Assembly (NCBI GenBank): GCA_030390025.1
Contig: CM059446.1
Coordinates: forward strand, 38,254,001 to 38,318,000
Direction of reading: 5' to 3'
DNA: 64,000 bases
Source: Squalus acanthias
Lineage: Eukaryota
Shown: positions 13,599-25,761 of the stretch, one piece after another
Layout: every line of letters begins with the position of its first letter
Numbering within the stretch: the first letter of the stretch is position 1
Program-made: the position numbers and the translations under genes
Notes under the pieces: model-generated
Told to the model about the DNA's origin: nothing
Database searches by the model: none
Seen by the model: only the letters and a program-made list of their open reading frames with translations

Positions 13599-14686
13599 AT
13601 GGCTATTGCATTCAGTGCTCTACTAGCATTGCAATTGGCAGGAGTAGACCAGCAAGAGCAGGAAAGGAGTTCCTGTGATGTCAGGTAACATGCATGGTAT
13701 AACATCAGATCCCATTGCTATGCAACACAGTGAGTCTATCATAACCGACACAGCTACCTGGGAACTACAGAAGAGATGTGACCGAGGCTAAAGTTTGTCA
13801 CAAGGAGGCAGCGAAAAAGCATCTTCTTCAAAAAGGCCTCCAAACAAGATCTAACTTCTGTACAGTGCTGCCAGTGCTGTCAAAGTCACCTTGCTCTATT
13901 TTTAGGTGTCTAGTTCCTTCCACATTAGCACTGAGGACATCTGCAGTGTCAGCCAGTTTGCTGTCCACAGATGTACCAAGGAGGTCAGAGATGCATTATT
14001 CAAAAGGGTCAGTGACTTCATCACTGACCAACAGCAGCAATGTTATAGGAGAACATAATTGTACAGGTCTACTGGCTTTGTAAAAGCCAGGGATCATTGA
14101 GTGCACTGATGTTGCCATTCAGGACCCTCTACATGAACTGAAAGAGATTTATTCTCTCAATATCTAATTGGTATGCGACCATCAACACAGAATAATGCAG
14201 GTTCCTTGGAAACTCCTATGATATCTTCATTTAAAGGCAATTAGTTGTGTCACACTTATTTGAAGGGAAAGAAAAAATGGAAGGGTAGCTTCTGGGAGAG
14301 TAAGGCTATTATCTGCAGCTATGTCTTATGACAACATTTCAGTAATCACAGACAGAAGCCAAACACAGGTATAACAAAATTCACGCAACAACCAAAATCA
14401 TTGTTAAAAATATTACTGAGATCTTATGTCGCATCAGATGTTGTGACCTTTTCGAGAGTGCCTTTCAGTACAATCCCCTAGGGTTTCACAAATAACTTTG
14501 GTCTGTTGCATGCTCCGTAACTTTGGCCTCTAAAGGGGCTTAACCAGGTCGCAGAAGAGGCTGCCAAAGCTATGACAGAGCAAGATGATGAAAATGACAA
14601 TGAGGAATTAGTTGCCAACCCAGCCATGCATTAAAGAAGATTGGTGGGTCAGGCACTGATTCAAGATTCCTTCCCATGTGCGTTAG
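13599..14686 (+). pseudogene. Harbinger (HARBI1-like DDE) transposase pseudogene
   Basis: Manual translation across stops and frameshifts gives, in order: EDICSVSQFAVHRCTKEVRDALF; GIIECTDVAIQDP (cf. GAIDCTHVAIRAP); LVCDHQHRIMQV; GNSYDIFI; LLGE*GYYLQLCLMT (cf. LLGDKGYPL..WLMT); EAKHRYNKIH; LVCCMLRNF (cf. CCMLHN). Confidence 0.88.
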
Positions 14687-14889
14687 AGTTAAAGCATTTC
14701 TTAAAGTAGCAATTTAGATCTGCAAAGTAATAATTGCAAACCACCTTTTCCTACACAGTTCCCCAAAGGCCATTTATTCCTATCCTTTTGTCCTGCATTA
14801 TTCTAAACAATTACAACTAAATAGGCAGTACAATGTTCTAATCAATGCAGTGCAGTTATTAAATTCATTATGTCATGTGTGAATGTTGC

Positions 14890-17453
14890 CTGCATGATTT
14901 GCCACTTTTCTCCCCCTTTGTGCTTGTGCTTTGCTTGTGGCAGGTGATACCTAGTCTACTATTTTGTCTAATTGATTTTCCCTTGTGGACAGAGGACGTG
15001 TGCTGGCTGGCTGGCTGCAGAGCCTGCTGGGATTCTGTTGGCTCTAGTCCTCACTGTGAAGGCCCTGTGCCTGAGTCAACCATGCCCGGTGCAACCGTAG
15101 TTGGATGTTCCCGGCCTGCTTTCTGGCACTTGTACTGTCACTTGCTCGGGGATACTTGTTGGCCCAGATGTGGGGCAGGCTACAGAGCCAGCTGTTTGAT
15201 TCATACACAGTCCAGACATGCTGCAGCTGCTGGGCATTCCCTCAGCGATCCTGCCGATCTGAGAGCAGAGCTGTAGACAGCTATGAGATCTCTGAATCCC
15301 TACCTCAAGGCTGTTGCTCTGTGATCTCCCAGCATGTTGAAGTTGGCCAAGAGAGCATTGTGGCTCCCAAGTGAACTCCAATCTCTATAGCAACAATCTG
15401 AGCCTTTGTGACAGATACTCCCACTGTATCTATATCTGGTGCCACTAAGGACTCCACTGCCGATGTAACAGGAGTTGCCATGCACGTTACAGCAATGCAG
15501 TGCAGACAACCTTTCATGTTGGTCAGACCACACTTAGAGTACTGTGCAACGTTCTGGTCTCCATATTTCAAAAAAGATATAGAAGGCACTGGAGAAAGTG
15601 CAAAAAAGATTTACAAGGATGATACCAGAACTAAGTGGGTGCAACTATCAGGAAAGATTGAACAGGTTGGGGCTATTTTCTTTAGAAAAGAGAAGACTGA
15701 AAGGTGACCCGATAGAGGTCTTTAAAACTACAAAGGGGTCCGATAGGGTAGACGTAGAGAAGATGTTTCCACTTGTGAGGGAGTGCAAAACTAGGGGCCA
15801 GAAATATAAGATAGTCACTAATAAATCCAATAAGGAATTCAGGAGAAACTTTGTTACTCCGATAGTGGTGAGAATGTGGAATTCACTACCGCATGGAGTG
15901 GTTGAAGCAAATAGCATAGATAAGTACATGAGGGAGAAAGGAATAGAAGGATATATTGATAGGGTGAGATGAATTAAGATAGGAGGAGGCTCGTGTGGAG
16001 CATAAACACTGACATAGACCAGTTGGGCCAAATGGCCTGTTTCTGTGCTGTAAATTCTATGTAATTCATATACAATAGCACAGATCTGGGATGTGGACTG
16101 ATCCATACTCCTCCCCAGACCTTGCCGTTCACCATCATGGATGCAAGTGATTCCTGTCGGCAACCCTGCTCATACCTTGTTTGAATCCTTAATTACTACA
16201 GCAGAGGCAAGAACTGTACTGCCCCTATGTTTATCAGGTGCTTTTCAGCAGTCATCACCATTGGCTCCATTTCACGTATGCGTTGCAATTCACCCTGTGC
16301 TATCTAAATCCTCCAGGGTCTTTGTAGCCGTGCTGGTGCTTGGCACAAGTGATGATGGTGATGCAGGATACACTAAGATGCCAGCTTCCTTGTGGACACC
16401 GGCTGAGGCAACAGTCTGTTCTTCCATTCCTAGAAAAAGGTAACACAATGCAGCATCGAATAAGCACCTTTAAGTACGTCCCTCATTGCAATACATTCTG
16501 TGTGAAGCCACAGCAGTTGATTGAGTGCTTCTATGACATTCACGCAGTAGGACAATACTATCTGCCTTAATCATTATGGTAATAGCCATGAGCTCAGGGG
16601 AGGCCTCCAGCATCACTGTCCCTCACTCCCTCGATGCTCTCATCCTCAATTATTTTCAGGGAGGTCTGGCCAAAAACAGTCAATGGCTTAAATTGCTTGG
16701 GACCACCTCCTGTTCTGGTCTGTTCTCTCCTATTAAAAGCCACCTTATCTGCAAGCAGAAGTGAAAGTACATGGAGCAGTGTCAATGTTATATAGCTGCA
16801 CAGTGACAGGGACTTAATGCATGCTAGAAATTAAGGATGTACAGGACTAATTCCCCCATCCAGGAACTGAACGGGAAATTGTGGACCTGAACATCTTGAT
16901 TTTCATCCATTCAAATTAAAGAATGGAAAATCCAAGGCTATAAGCCCATGATTTCCCAAACAGCTCTTTCTGCAAGTTCAGCTCTTCCCTGGGAGCACGC
17001 AATCTGGGATCAAACCTTTATATTCCTTGTGTGAAGCCCCTTCAAAAATGGTGGTGGTACGCACAAGTTGCTATGTGCATTTCTTAATTTCACCTAAAAC
17101 ATATATCTTAAGTGTCTCTATTGAAACAAAGTATTCTTTGCCCTGATTCTACTATGCCAGCACTGCAGCCAGATAACCTACTGTGACTGCTTAGTATGTT
17201 CCAGCATAAGGGATTAAACTATTAACAGAGAGGATATATTTGCATGTGTACTTGGGACAGCTGTTTGTCATTGTTGGCTTACCTTAGCAGATTTCTTGAG
17301 GTCTGACATCTCCCTGATCTCTTTACACCTTCTCCCATGCCTGTTGCAATCGGTGTTTCTGGGGAGAGTGGCCATACAATGTCCTCTTCCTTCTAAGAGG
17401 GCATCCAATGCTGGGTCCATAAACTTAACTTTCTTTACTCTGTTGTGCCCCAT
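14890..17453 (-). pseudogene. Harbinger Myb/SANT-like DNA-binding gene remnant (multi-exon)
   Basis: Exon 1 about 17283-17453 (KFMDPALDALLE...DLKKSAK) followed by donor GTAAGC; next exon after acceptor ttctgcttgcag near 16749 (DKVAFNRREQTRTGGGP). Convergent to the transposase, as expected for Harbingers. Confidence 0.7.
15516..16066 (+). mobile_element. 5'-truncated CR1 LINE (ORF2 C-terminus and 3' UTR)
   Basis: LVRPHLEYCATFWSPY, then QKRFTRMIPEL...LFSLEKRRLKGD (ORF 15598-15972); 3' hairpin gggccaaatggcc and ttctatg tail. Confidence 0.92.
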
Positions 17454-17744
17454 TCCATAGTATTTTGGTCAGTTAACATCTGCCCTGGTCTCTTTAGCAC
17501 TACTTCAGCAGTTTAAATGACTCCTAATTACAGTTCACAGTTGATTATGAGGATTATTGCTTCTTCCACCTCATTGACCAGCTTGCTGTGTGACTGTTTA
17601 AAGCGCATGTTTTAGTGCACCCATTCAAACAGTAAAATCATCTGTTGATTCTTTGGAACCCTTAATAACTCAAAGTAATGCCCACGTAATCCTTCAAAAG
17701 CACATCAATGGTAATTTCTAGGCTATGCTATTTCTGGCCAGTTG

Positions 17745-18625
17745 CATTAAGTGGATGATCTCTTATTTACTAGTGTTCTATTTGAACTGGTTACCACAAA
17801 ATTATATCACGCTGTTGTTTCTCAGAGAAGTATTCTGGGAATAATTCTCTTCAGTGTATATTTGAATGACATCTCTCAAGTGGCCCATTACTGCAATGTA
17901 TGCAGATCACATCACACTGTATGCTCCTGTAACATCTTGCTAGGAATATTAGAACCTCAAAGCTGTTGACCAGTGAAATAGAGATAGAAGATTGTGTTGA
18001 GCCCAGAAAATGCAAAATGAATCAACCTTAGGATCTCACCTTCCACCATTTGGCAGTGAGATAGTACAAGAATGTAATGAGTTGGAACTGCTGGGGTTGA
18101 CTTTTACTACTGAAATAAGATGGGGCATCATCCAACCCAGCTTGTCAAAAAAGTTTGGCCAACATCTGACCAACACACATAGATTGAAACCCTATATGCA
18201 TATGCACATGAGCAGCTTACTCACTATCTGTAAGTTTTTATTTGTAGTAAGTAGGAAAATACACCTTGATGTTGGCTAGATGCTTCCAAATAATATCTAT
18301 TACTGCTTGATGGATTTCCAAAGCATGGTCTGTATATAATTAACATTGATGCAGGTATTGTTTCCTGTAGATATAGGTTCAACTATTGGCACAGACACGA
18401 TAGGCCAAATGGCCTCCTTCTCTGCCCTGCATTTCTATGATTCTATGATTCTATTGGCACAGAGGTGTACAATATCTGCTTTTGAGGTTTTCTATTGAAC
18501 CCAGCTCAGTGTTACACCTAAAATGGTCCAGACATGATGTCCTGGAAGTCCCATCACATAGTTGTGATGCACTTGGGGGAATCAGTGACTAGCACAATAG
18601 CAAACCCACATCCTGAATTTAAAAT
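17745..18625 (+). mobile_element. Old, degenerate non-LTR retrotransposon (RT region to 3' end)
   Basis: VVSQRSILGIILFSVYLND resembles the RT motif GVPQGSILGPxLFxxYIND; the 3' end aacccacatcctgaatttaaaa resembles the tails at 25762 and 63131. Confidence 0.6.
18396..18450 (+). mobile_element. 55-bp CR1 3' tail insertion
   Basis: taggccaaatggcct hairpin and (ttctatga)n tail, flanked by the 13-bp direct repeat ctattggcacaga (18383-18395 and 18451-18463). Confidence 0.8.
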
Positions 18626-19748
18626 TTTCACCCTTGTTTTCAAATCCCTCCATGACTTTGCCCCTCCCTACCTCTGTAACCTCCTTCAGCCCTACAACCC
18701 TCTGTGATCGCTGCGCTCCTCCAATTCTGGCCTCTTGCAAAGCCCCAATTTTCATTGGCGGCCGTGCTTTCAGCTGCCGAGGCCCTAAGCTCCGGAATTC
18801 CCTCCCTAAACCTCTCCACCTCTCTCTCCTCCTTTAAGACGTTCCTTAAAATCTACCTCTTTGACCAAGCTTTTGGTCACCTGTCCTAATGGCCCGTAAT
18901 TTCCGATAGGAGGCTTCCTGCGTGCGGCTGCCTCATTTCGGGAAAAAATCTATGCCCTTACCTGAGGGCTCCCAAGGTGCGGCCATTTCCATCCCTGGGC
19001 CTCTCCACAGTCGAAATGCGCAGGGCCCACGTATCCCAGGGGCACATACGTTTCGCAAGCGTCCCTGGGATCACGTGGGCCAGGCGAGCCAATGGGAGAA
19101 GGGAATCTCCCTTCATACTTTTGACAGATAGACCTGTCAAAAGTATGAATGGAGATCACCCCAAAAACACATCAAAACATTAAATGAACATTTTTAAAAT
19201 GAGTTAAAATTACATTAAATTAAATATTTTAAACAAAAATTTAATTTTTTGAAAAAATAATTCAAGTTTTTTACGGGGCTAAAAATAAACTTACCTTTTT
19301 TAAAAGTATTTTTAAATTATAAATGAGTGAAAAATTTTTTTTTTTACTTTTTTAAACTCTTATGCTGGTAAAAGCAGGCCTTACGCTTTTACCAGGCGTA
19401 AGATTTTTAAGTGTTTTCAGTGGGCGGAGGTTCTGCAGAAAGCGGAACTCTCCACCCGCAGAGGCCCTTCTCCAGGGCAGGCGTCCAATCTGTCAAGAGG
19501 ATTCTTGACAGATCGGAAATGCCGGTTTTCAGTGCATGCGCTTCACATGCCTGAAACCGGCATTTCCGATGTCCCTACGGGTGTGTACACAGCTCGTCCC
19601 CACCCGTAGGGATCGGAAAATACGGGCCAATATCTTCTTATGTGGCTCAGTATTATATTTAGTTTGATAACGCTCCTGTGAAGTGCCTTGGGACGTTTTA
19701 CTACATTAAAGGTGCTATATAAATGCAAGTTGTTGTTGTTGTTGTTGT
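18626..19748 (+). mobile_element. L2 LINE 3' end, split by a MITE
   Basis: Peptide-like IGGRAFSCRGPKLRNSLP...SFKTFLKIYLF; resumes at 19629; (gtt)n tail at about 19729-19748. Confidence 0.88.
18891..19628. mobile_element. PIF/Harbinger-type MITE, 738 bp
   Basis: TIR ggcccgtaatttccgat / atcggaaaatacgggcc (16/17 match); 3-bp TSD aat (18888-18890 and 19629-19631). Excision restores the L2 tail cctaatatc. Confidence 0.9.
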
Positions 19749-20239
19749 GTATGGTAGTCTGGCATTCCCTTCCTTAACTTATTGTGGGTTTTGTATCCCA
19801 CAGTTCTTCCCAGAATTTTAGGAGACAAATGAATAGTTGTTTATTGCACAAGCATTCACATTTTGTACCTAGCTTCTTTAATGTTGCTTGTGTCTGTCAG
19901 AGTCGTATTTTAGTATTAATGGCCTGGAGTTTCTGCTCGGTTTTTCGGGTGCAACTCGCCTGATATCGGTGTAACCGGAGCAAAAGATCGAGGAATTTCA
20001 AGCACAAATTCCGTTCAGCGCAATTTGAGTTTCCACGATCCTTTGTGCTAGTTTTAGGGTACACACTTTCTGTCTGTAAACCTTGCTTACTGCTTCCATG
20101 ATCTTTGGTCACAATTGTCTGTCAGCATTTACCATTGTAAGTAGCTATGTCAATATTTGCCGTCAATTTTAGTCTATTAGCTGTCACAACATAGCTACAG
20201 TCTCTGGCTCCTCGGTTTCTCTGTGGGATGAGTTTCTAA

Positions 20240-20605
20240 ACAACAACAACAACAACTTTCATTTATATAGCGCCTTTAACGTAGTAAAAACATCCCAAGG
20301 CGCTTCACAGGAGCGTTATCAAACAAAAATTGAGACCGAGCCACATAAGGAAGTGTTAGGACAGATGACCAAGAGGTAGGTTTTAAGGAGCGCCTTAAAG
20401 GAGGAGAGAGAAGTAGAGAGGCGGAGAGGTTTAGGGAGGGAATTCCAGAGCTTAGGGCCAAGGCAGCTGAAGGCACGGCCGTCAATGGTGGAGCGATTCA
20501 AATCAGGGATGTGCAAGAGGCCAGAATTGGAGGAGTGCAGAGATCTTGGCGGGTTGTAGGGCTGAAGACGGTTACAGAGATAGGGAGGGAAGAGGCCATG
20601 GAGGC
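20240..20605 (-). mobile_element. L2 LINE 3' end
   Basis: Minus ORF PYNPPRSLHSSNSGLL...GRAFSCLGPKLWNSLP...SFKALLKTYL; (caa)n tail at 20240. Confidence 0.9.
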
Positions 20606-22216
20606 CATAAAGCCTCTCCCAAATCTGTGTGTGTATATATAATATATATGTAAACTTATACTCAACAACTGGTGTGGACAATGCCATGGGCAATTTACTA
20701 GTGGTTATAATTTTCATGATGATTTAATATTTAATGATCTCTAAAAGTACAATGAAGATGTATACACCCATTGGGACACAGCAGTCCTTTCGAGTCAATG
20801 GGGAAGGGTATTGGTTTGATCCTGGACACTACAGTGGGATGGTTTAATCCATGTTTCCAAGCAACCTTCTATGTATGTAATTTCCAGCACCTTTATGCAA
20901 CTATTTTTGTCAGAAGTAGAATATATGTCTGCATGCTTCTTGAATGAATGAAGGAGTATGTATCAGTCTAGTGGTGGTGTGCATTTTATCTCTACTTCCT
21001 AGTGGGCTGATGGTGCTATGAGTTTGGACTTTATGAATACCTAGGAGGGGGCAATTTTTAACTGCCACCCACCCATTTCTCACCTGAAAAACAGGCAGCC
21101 AGCAGCTGAAAACCAGGGGGATACCTCAGCTGCCCCGCTAATGTCCAAGCCCGCCTCATACAATTTTCAGCAGGGCCTTCAAATGGAGGGGTGGCCCGCC
21201 CCGCCCACCTGTTTCTGGATTCTGTGCCCTCTAAAGCCAAAGTTGACAGTGGAATATATAGCAGGATGGTTATCTTTAAAAAATATGGGTTCCAAAGTCA
21301 CCTGGAACAAAAAGCACTCCCTATTTGATTGTTGTTAATCTTGTTTGTGGCACTAAAAAATAAATAATGCAGCAGATATTCTCCAAAGTGAATTTTCCTA
21401 CTGTGTATGTGCAATTTGATTTGGTGGAGATTCAACTATTTTACCAAACCCGGCATGCAATCATTATAATGTTGAAAACAAATGTTTATTCATGTTATCT
21501 TAACCTTTAAAAGACATATTGATATTAGTGTGACAATGGCGTGCATGGGAGTGACGCAGTAAAGCTATTGTACAGTCTGTGGGTTGCTTGGTATGTGCAG
21601 AGTTCACCTGGGAGGTCAGCGTAGCTGGTGCCAGTATCTTGGTATTGATTTTTAGTATACAATACTAGTCCTCTGTGATATCTGTGTATTGTCCATGGAC
21701 AGTGCTAGCGGTTTATGTAGCGTTGGCAGGTTTGGACACAGTTTCTATCCCTGTTGTCCTTACAAATAAGAGTAAGTGCTTCCAAAGTGCCTTTGATATA
21801 AAGTAATGTCACCATTGATTAGGTCTCTATAATAATGTTGAAGTGGCAACAACCAGCAAAGTACTAACAGATTGAAGAGCTTTCTCGGATATGTATATTG
21901 ACATACAGACTTCCAACTCGCATTCTCTTTGATGGGTTATTTTTCTCCTTTCTTCTATCCTTTATCCCATCTTTCCTTCTAAAAGATAAATATTTCCGTT
22001 TACTCTGAGGACGCTGCTGCTATTTCCACTGCTCCTGACGTGCTAATTCACCGGTGTGAAAATACCAGCTGATTCCCCGTGGCACCGCTCGCACCGTTCG
22101 ATAATGACATGTAATGTACAGGGTACTATTAACTCACACCGGTACCTCTCCTGCAGTGTTGCTCACGGTAAGTCAAAGGATATGCTGTTTGAAAAGGACA
22201 GAGGCATTGTCCTCTA

Positions 22217-22430
22217 TCATAGAATCATAAAATCATACAGTGCAGAAGGAGGCCGTTCGGCCCATCGTGCCTGTGCCGGCTCTCTGAAAGAGCTACTCAT
22301 TAGTCCCACTCCCCGGCTTTATCCCAGCGCCATGCAATTTTTTTCCTTTTTAAGCAGAGATCCAATTCCCTTTTGAAAGTTGCTATTGAATTTGCTTCCA
22401 CTACCCTTTCAGGCAGTGCATTCCAGACCA
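22217..22430 (-). mobile_element. CR1 LINE 3' fragment
   Basis: Reverse CR1 tail catagaatcataaaatcata, hairpin ggccgttcggcc, and ctttcaggcagtgcattccaga (WNALPER). Confidence 0.88.
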
Positions 22431-22764
22431 TTGGCAATGTATTATTCTGTTAGAAAGGCGGATCTGTGTGCCCACAACCTGGCCCTTTAAGGCCACACGG
22501 TATGATTGCTATAATTGGGCCATCCTAAAGTCAGTTAGAAGCAAATTGTTTCTCTGCTTGTAAATTAGTTTCTGTTTATAAATCCCTGGCTCCTCCCCCA
22601 ACTTTTAAATACTTGTTTGAAAGGTCTCGAACAAAGTGTCACATTTTGAAGTTTGACATCTCAGCTGAAACTGAGAAAGAGCAGAAGATAATTAATACAT
22701 AACATGATTACTTCCTCCAAGTATTCACAAGAGAAGACATGAGCAACACATCCTCATTAAATTG

Positions 22765-23040
22765 TGATAACCAGCTAGACAGAAGCCCTAGACAGGCTTA
22801 AAAGACTCAATAAAAAAAAATCGCCAGGTAGTCTGATATTTATTCCAGAGCACTAAAAGAGACAAGGGAGATTTATGAAGCATTGATGGTCCATTGTGAG
22901 GGAATCGTTGAAAGGTCCTGGTTGATTGTAAATACCTTGAGGTGCTGCCCATTTTCAAAAGATTTGACAAAGTAGGTGCAGACCATTGCAAACCCTTTAA
23001 GCTTACGTCAACACCAGGTAAAATGATGCAGTCAATTATT
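22765..23040 (+). pseudogene. CR1 reverse transcriptase fragment
   Basis: KSPG, VLPIFKR and DHCKPFKLTSTPGKMMQSII (cf. GNYRPVSLTSVPGKIMESII). Confidence 0.7.
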
Positions 23041-23249
23041 CTGCCTGACCAATTCCCACTGACATTTTTTAGGAAGTGACATCCTGACTGGAATATGCTT
23101 CTTGCAGGGTTTGGAATTTCTGACACTGTTGTTTGTACATAAAGCCAGTTAAAAGGATGTAACTACTTAAAGGTAACTGACCATGCGTGGAGGGTAAAAG
23201 TTGCTCGCTGAAAAAATATGTGGAGGGCTAAGACAAAAGACTGCAAATG

Positions 23250-23560
23250 ACATGTTGTGGGCAACAAGATCCAAAGTTGGCAAAGTGGAGGTGTTGCTGC
23301 AGGAGATGGGTGTGAAGAGTCTTACTTTGTTTGACAATCCACAAGAATCCACAGCATATCTGACAGGAGGTAATGGTCAGGGTCAGCACAGGATCTGGAA
23401 ACGGATGCTGGAGGAGATAGCATACATTAAGAAAGCTACCACGGTATAGCTACCTAACAGTACCATAAGCCAGATAGATAGCCCAAGTATGCATGTGACA
23501 AAGAGCAGCCTGTCAAGCTACTGCTGGCCCATGCAAAATCCTCAGGCAGCCCTATAGCTC
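23250..23560 (+). pseudogene. Gypsy-type LTR retrotransposon integrase core remnant
   Basis: LLQEMGVK...STAYLTGGNGQGQHRIWKRML resembles integrase STAYHPQxNGQxERxHRTLKxML. Confidence 0.5.
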
Positions 23561-23674
23561 TTCCATGATTTACCATGCATGTCCATACTCCAGCAGGGCA
23601 CACATTCAAGCTGCAACTTACATATGAAACCCTCACATGTCTATGTTCCTTATACATCCAGATCGCAAGGCTAT

Positions 23675-23840
23675 GGGGAAATTTTAACCTTACCCGCCTG
23701 GCGAGAAACTGATGGGATCGGATCGGATCGGTTGACCATTTACATTAAAGTAAATGGAAAGTAAAATTGGGCGAAGTGTAAGACAAGCGACTGATCCGAT
23801 CCCAGCCGTTTCCCATCTGATGGGTAAGGTTAAAAATACC
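23675..23840. mobile_element. Hairpin MITE, 166 bp
   Basis: TIR ggggaaattttaaccttaccc / gggtaaggttaaaaatacc; inner inverted pair gggatcggatc / gatccgatccc; TSD tat. Confidence 0.82.
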
Positions 23841-25761
23841 TATCTGTATTTAGGTAATTTAAGAAATATATCTGTTTATAAGCACCACTTGGGGGAAAGG
23901 GGATTTTGTCTAATGGGGGAAAAATAATTTGAATCTAAGTAGGTTAGAACACAGCAAATTCTTGTTAAACATTTAAAAATAAAAATGTAATGACTTGAAG
24001 CTGCACTAGAAAACGGTTGCAACATGTAACAAATTCACAGTCAGACTTCTTTAATATTTAAATGTTTAACCCAAGCCATTGTTAATCACCAGTTAGGGTG
24101 CATCCCCCGCTTGGCGGGACATCCATCCGCCCCAAGATGCCCCGTGACCCAGGCAGTGTTTCTACTCTCTGCTCATTTACAGGTGGAAGGTTGGCTCCCT
24201 GGCCTGTGCTGGGGATTTCTGTCCATCTGAGGCAGAGACTTGCAGAAGCAGGCCTTGTGGGCCTACCACAACAGAAAGAAGAACCAGCTGGCAAGCTGCC
24301 TGATTAAAAGAAGTTCTTGCCATGAAAATTTGTACTTTTGGCAATGGGCCCTGTTCATGAGAGAACTTGTACAGGCCCCTCTTCATTTTTCTCCTCAACG
24401 TCCCCTCCACCAACCTCTGAATGATGGGCTCTAGGGCTTCACAAGGGCAAGAATGTAAATTATCTGGGATAAAAATAATTTTTAATCGAAAATTACGGGA
24501 ACGCCACATCCATAAGAATAGATGCTTTCTGAGTGTCTAAAGACATCTAAAAGCTTCACCGTCAGAGGCCAATTTACTGATTATTAAATCAATTCCAGTT
24601 AAAGAAAAGGGTTCAACCTTGCAACTAATATGGAACAAATCAATTTGCAAATTTCTGTTTGTTCAACATGGGGGGACACGGGAGGTTTGCACTCTGTGCT
24701 ACCTGTTGACAAAATCATAAATCTAGATGTTATAAACTCGAGTCTGCCATAGCTACCTTCTCAGTAGCATCAGTGTTACTTCCTTTTATAAAAGTTGGTA
24801 CACACTGCTCTATCTCTTCTTATATAAAAGCGTGATCCGGAGGTGTAACAAGGAAATCCCCTTGTGGCCTGAACCAGATATCTCTGCCGTCTGCGCGTGT
24901 ATTTCTACAATCTCCCTTAAAGTGAACCGAGTTAAGACTAGATGAGGAAAGTCCAGGATTGAATTGTTAATCTGATTTATTGCATAGTAAGGTACAGAGT
25001 AGCAGATGTGATCAGATTCCCTTAATTCAATAGATAAATTAATCTTTGTGTAATCATATAAAATTAATGTACACGTTATGCTACCCCACTTCAGCGAGTC
25101 GCCTCGCTTAACTTAAACATCATAATTTCTTTGCATCTTGACATTTTGAGCCTGCCTTTTCTGGAATCTTTTTGCGTCAGCTGCAAGTTCTGTTGCCAAA
25201 GCTGGACTGTTTTAGGTATCTAACATTCTGCTTTATTCCCTGACCATTAACAGTGAGAAAGAAATCAAAAGCCTTCCAACACAATAGGTGTGAGGTGTCC
25301 ATCAGTTACGGAGAAAAGCCACTTAATTGCATATTATTTACAATCTATGAGGAAACAAGATTATCTTAACTGCCTACCATCTTAGACAGAGCATTCAAGG
25401 TAACTTTTTTTCCAAATACTTTTCTGTGGAGAAATGGTCGAAAAAACTGCTGAAACAGGACACTGGGTTTTGATTTTGCGGTATATTCAGGATGGTGAAA
25501 GTCCTCCTGTGGAGACAATTCATGATTATGGGAAACATTTCAACACATGAATCAAGAATTAGCGGGCATGCCACATTCTGGAATTATGTTTGAACTATGA
25601 TCTGTTACAATAAAATAGAATAAATAATTATTACACGTGGACGCCACCTTCCCATTGGTAGCCTGATAGATGCTGCCTTCCCGAACCAGCGCAATTGGCA
25701 GAATCTCGCCATTTTGACCTGGGGGGGGGGCGTGGCTAGTTTTGTGGGCGGGGCCCGATTA

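Larger units (their letters stand above)
12889..17723. mobile_element. Decayed autonomous PIF/Harbinger transposon (transposase plus convergent Myb/SANT-like gene)
   Basis: Contains both gene remnants listed below; possible degenerate TIRs gagtctggaaactt / aatttctaggc with tat on both flanks. The ends are uncertain. Confidence 0.65.

Noticed and set aside
24700-25380. Possible solo LTR
   Set aside because: Has a reverse AATAAA and some CpGs, but I could not fix TG...CA ends with a matching TSD.
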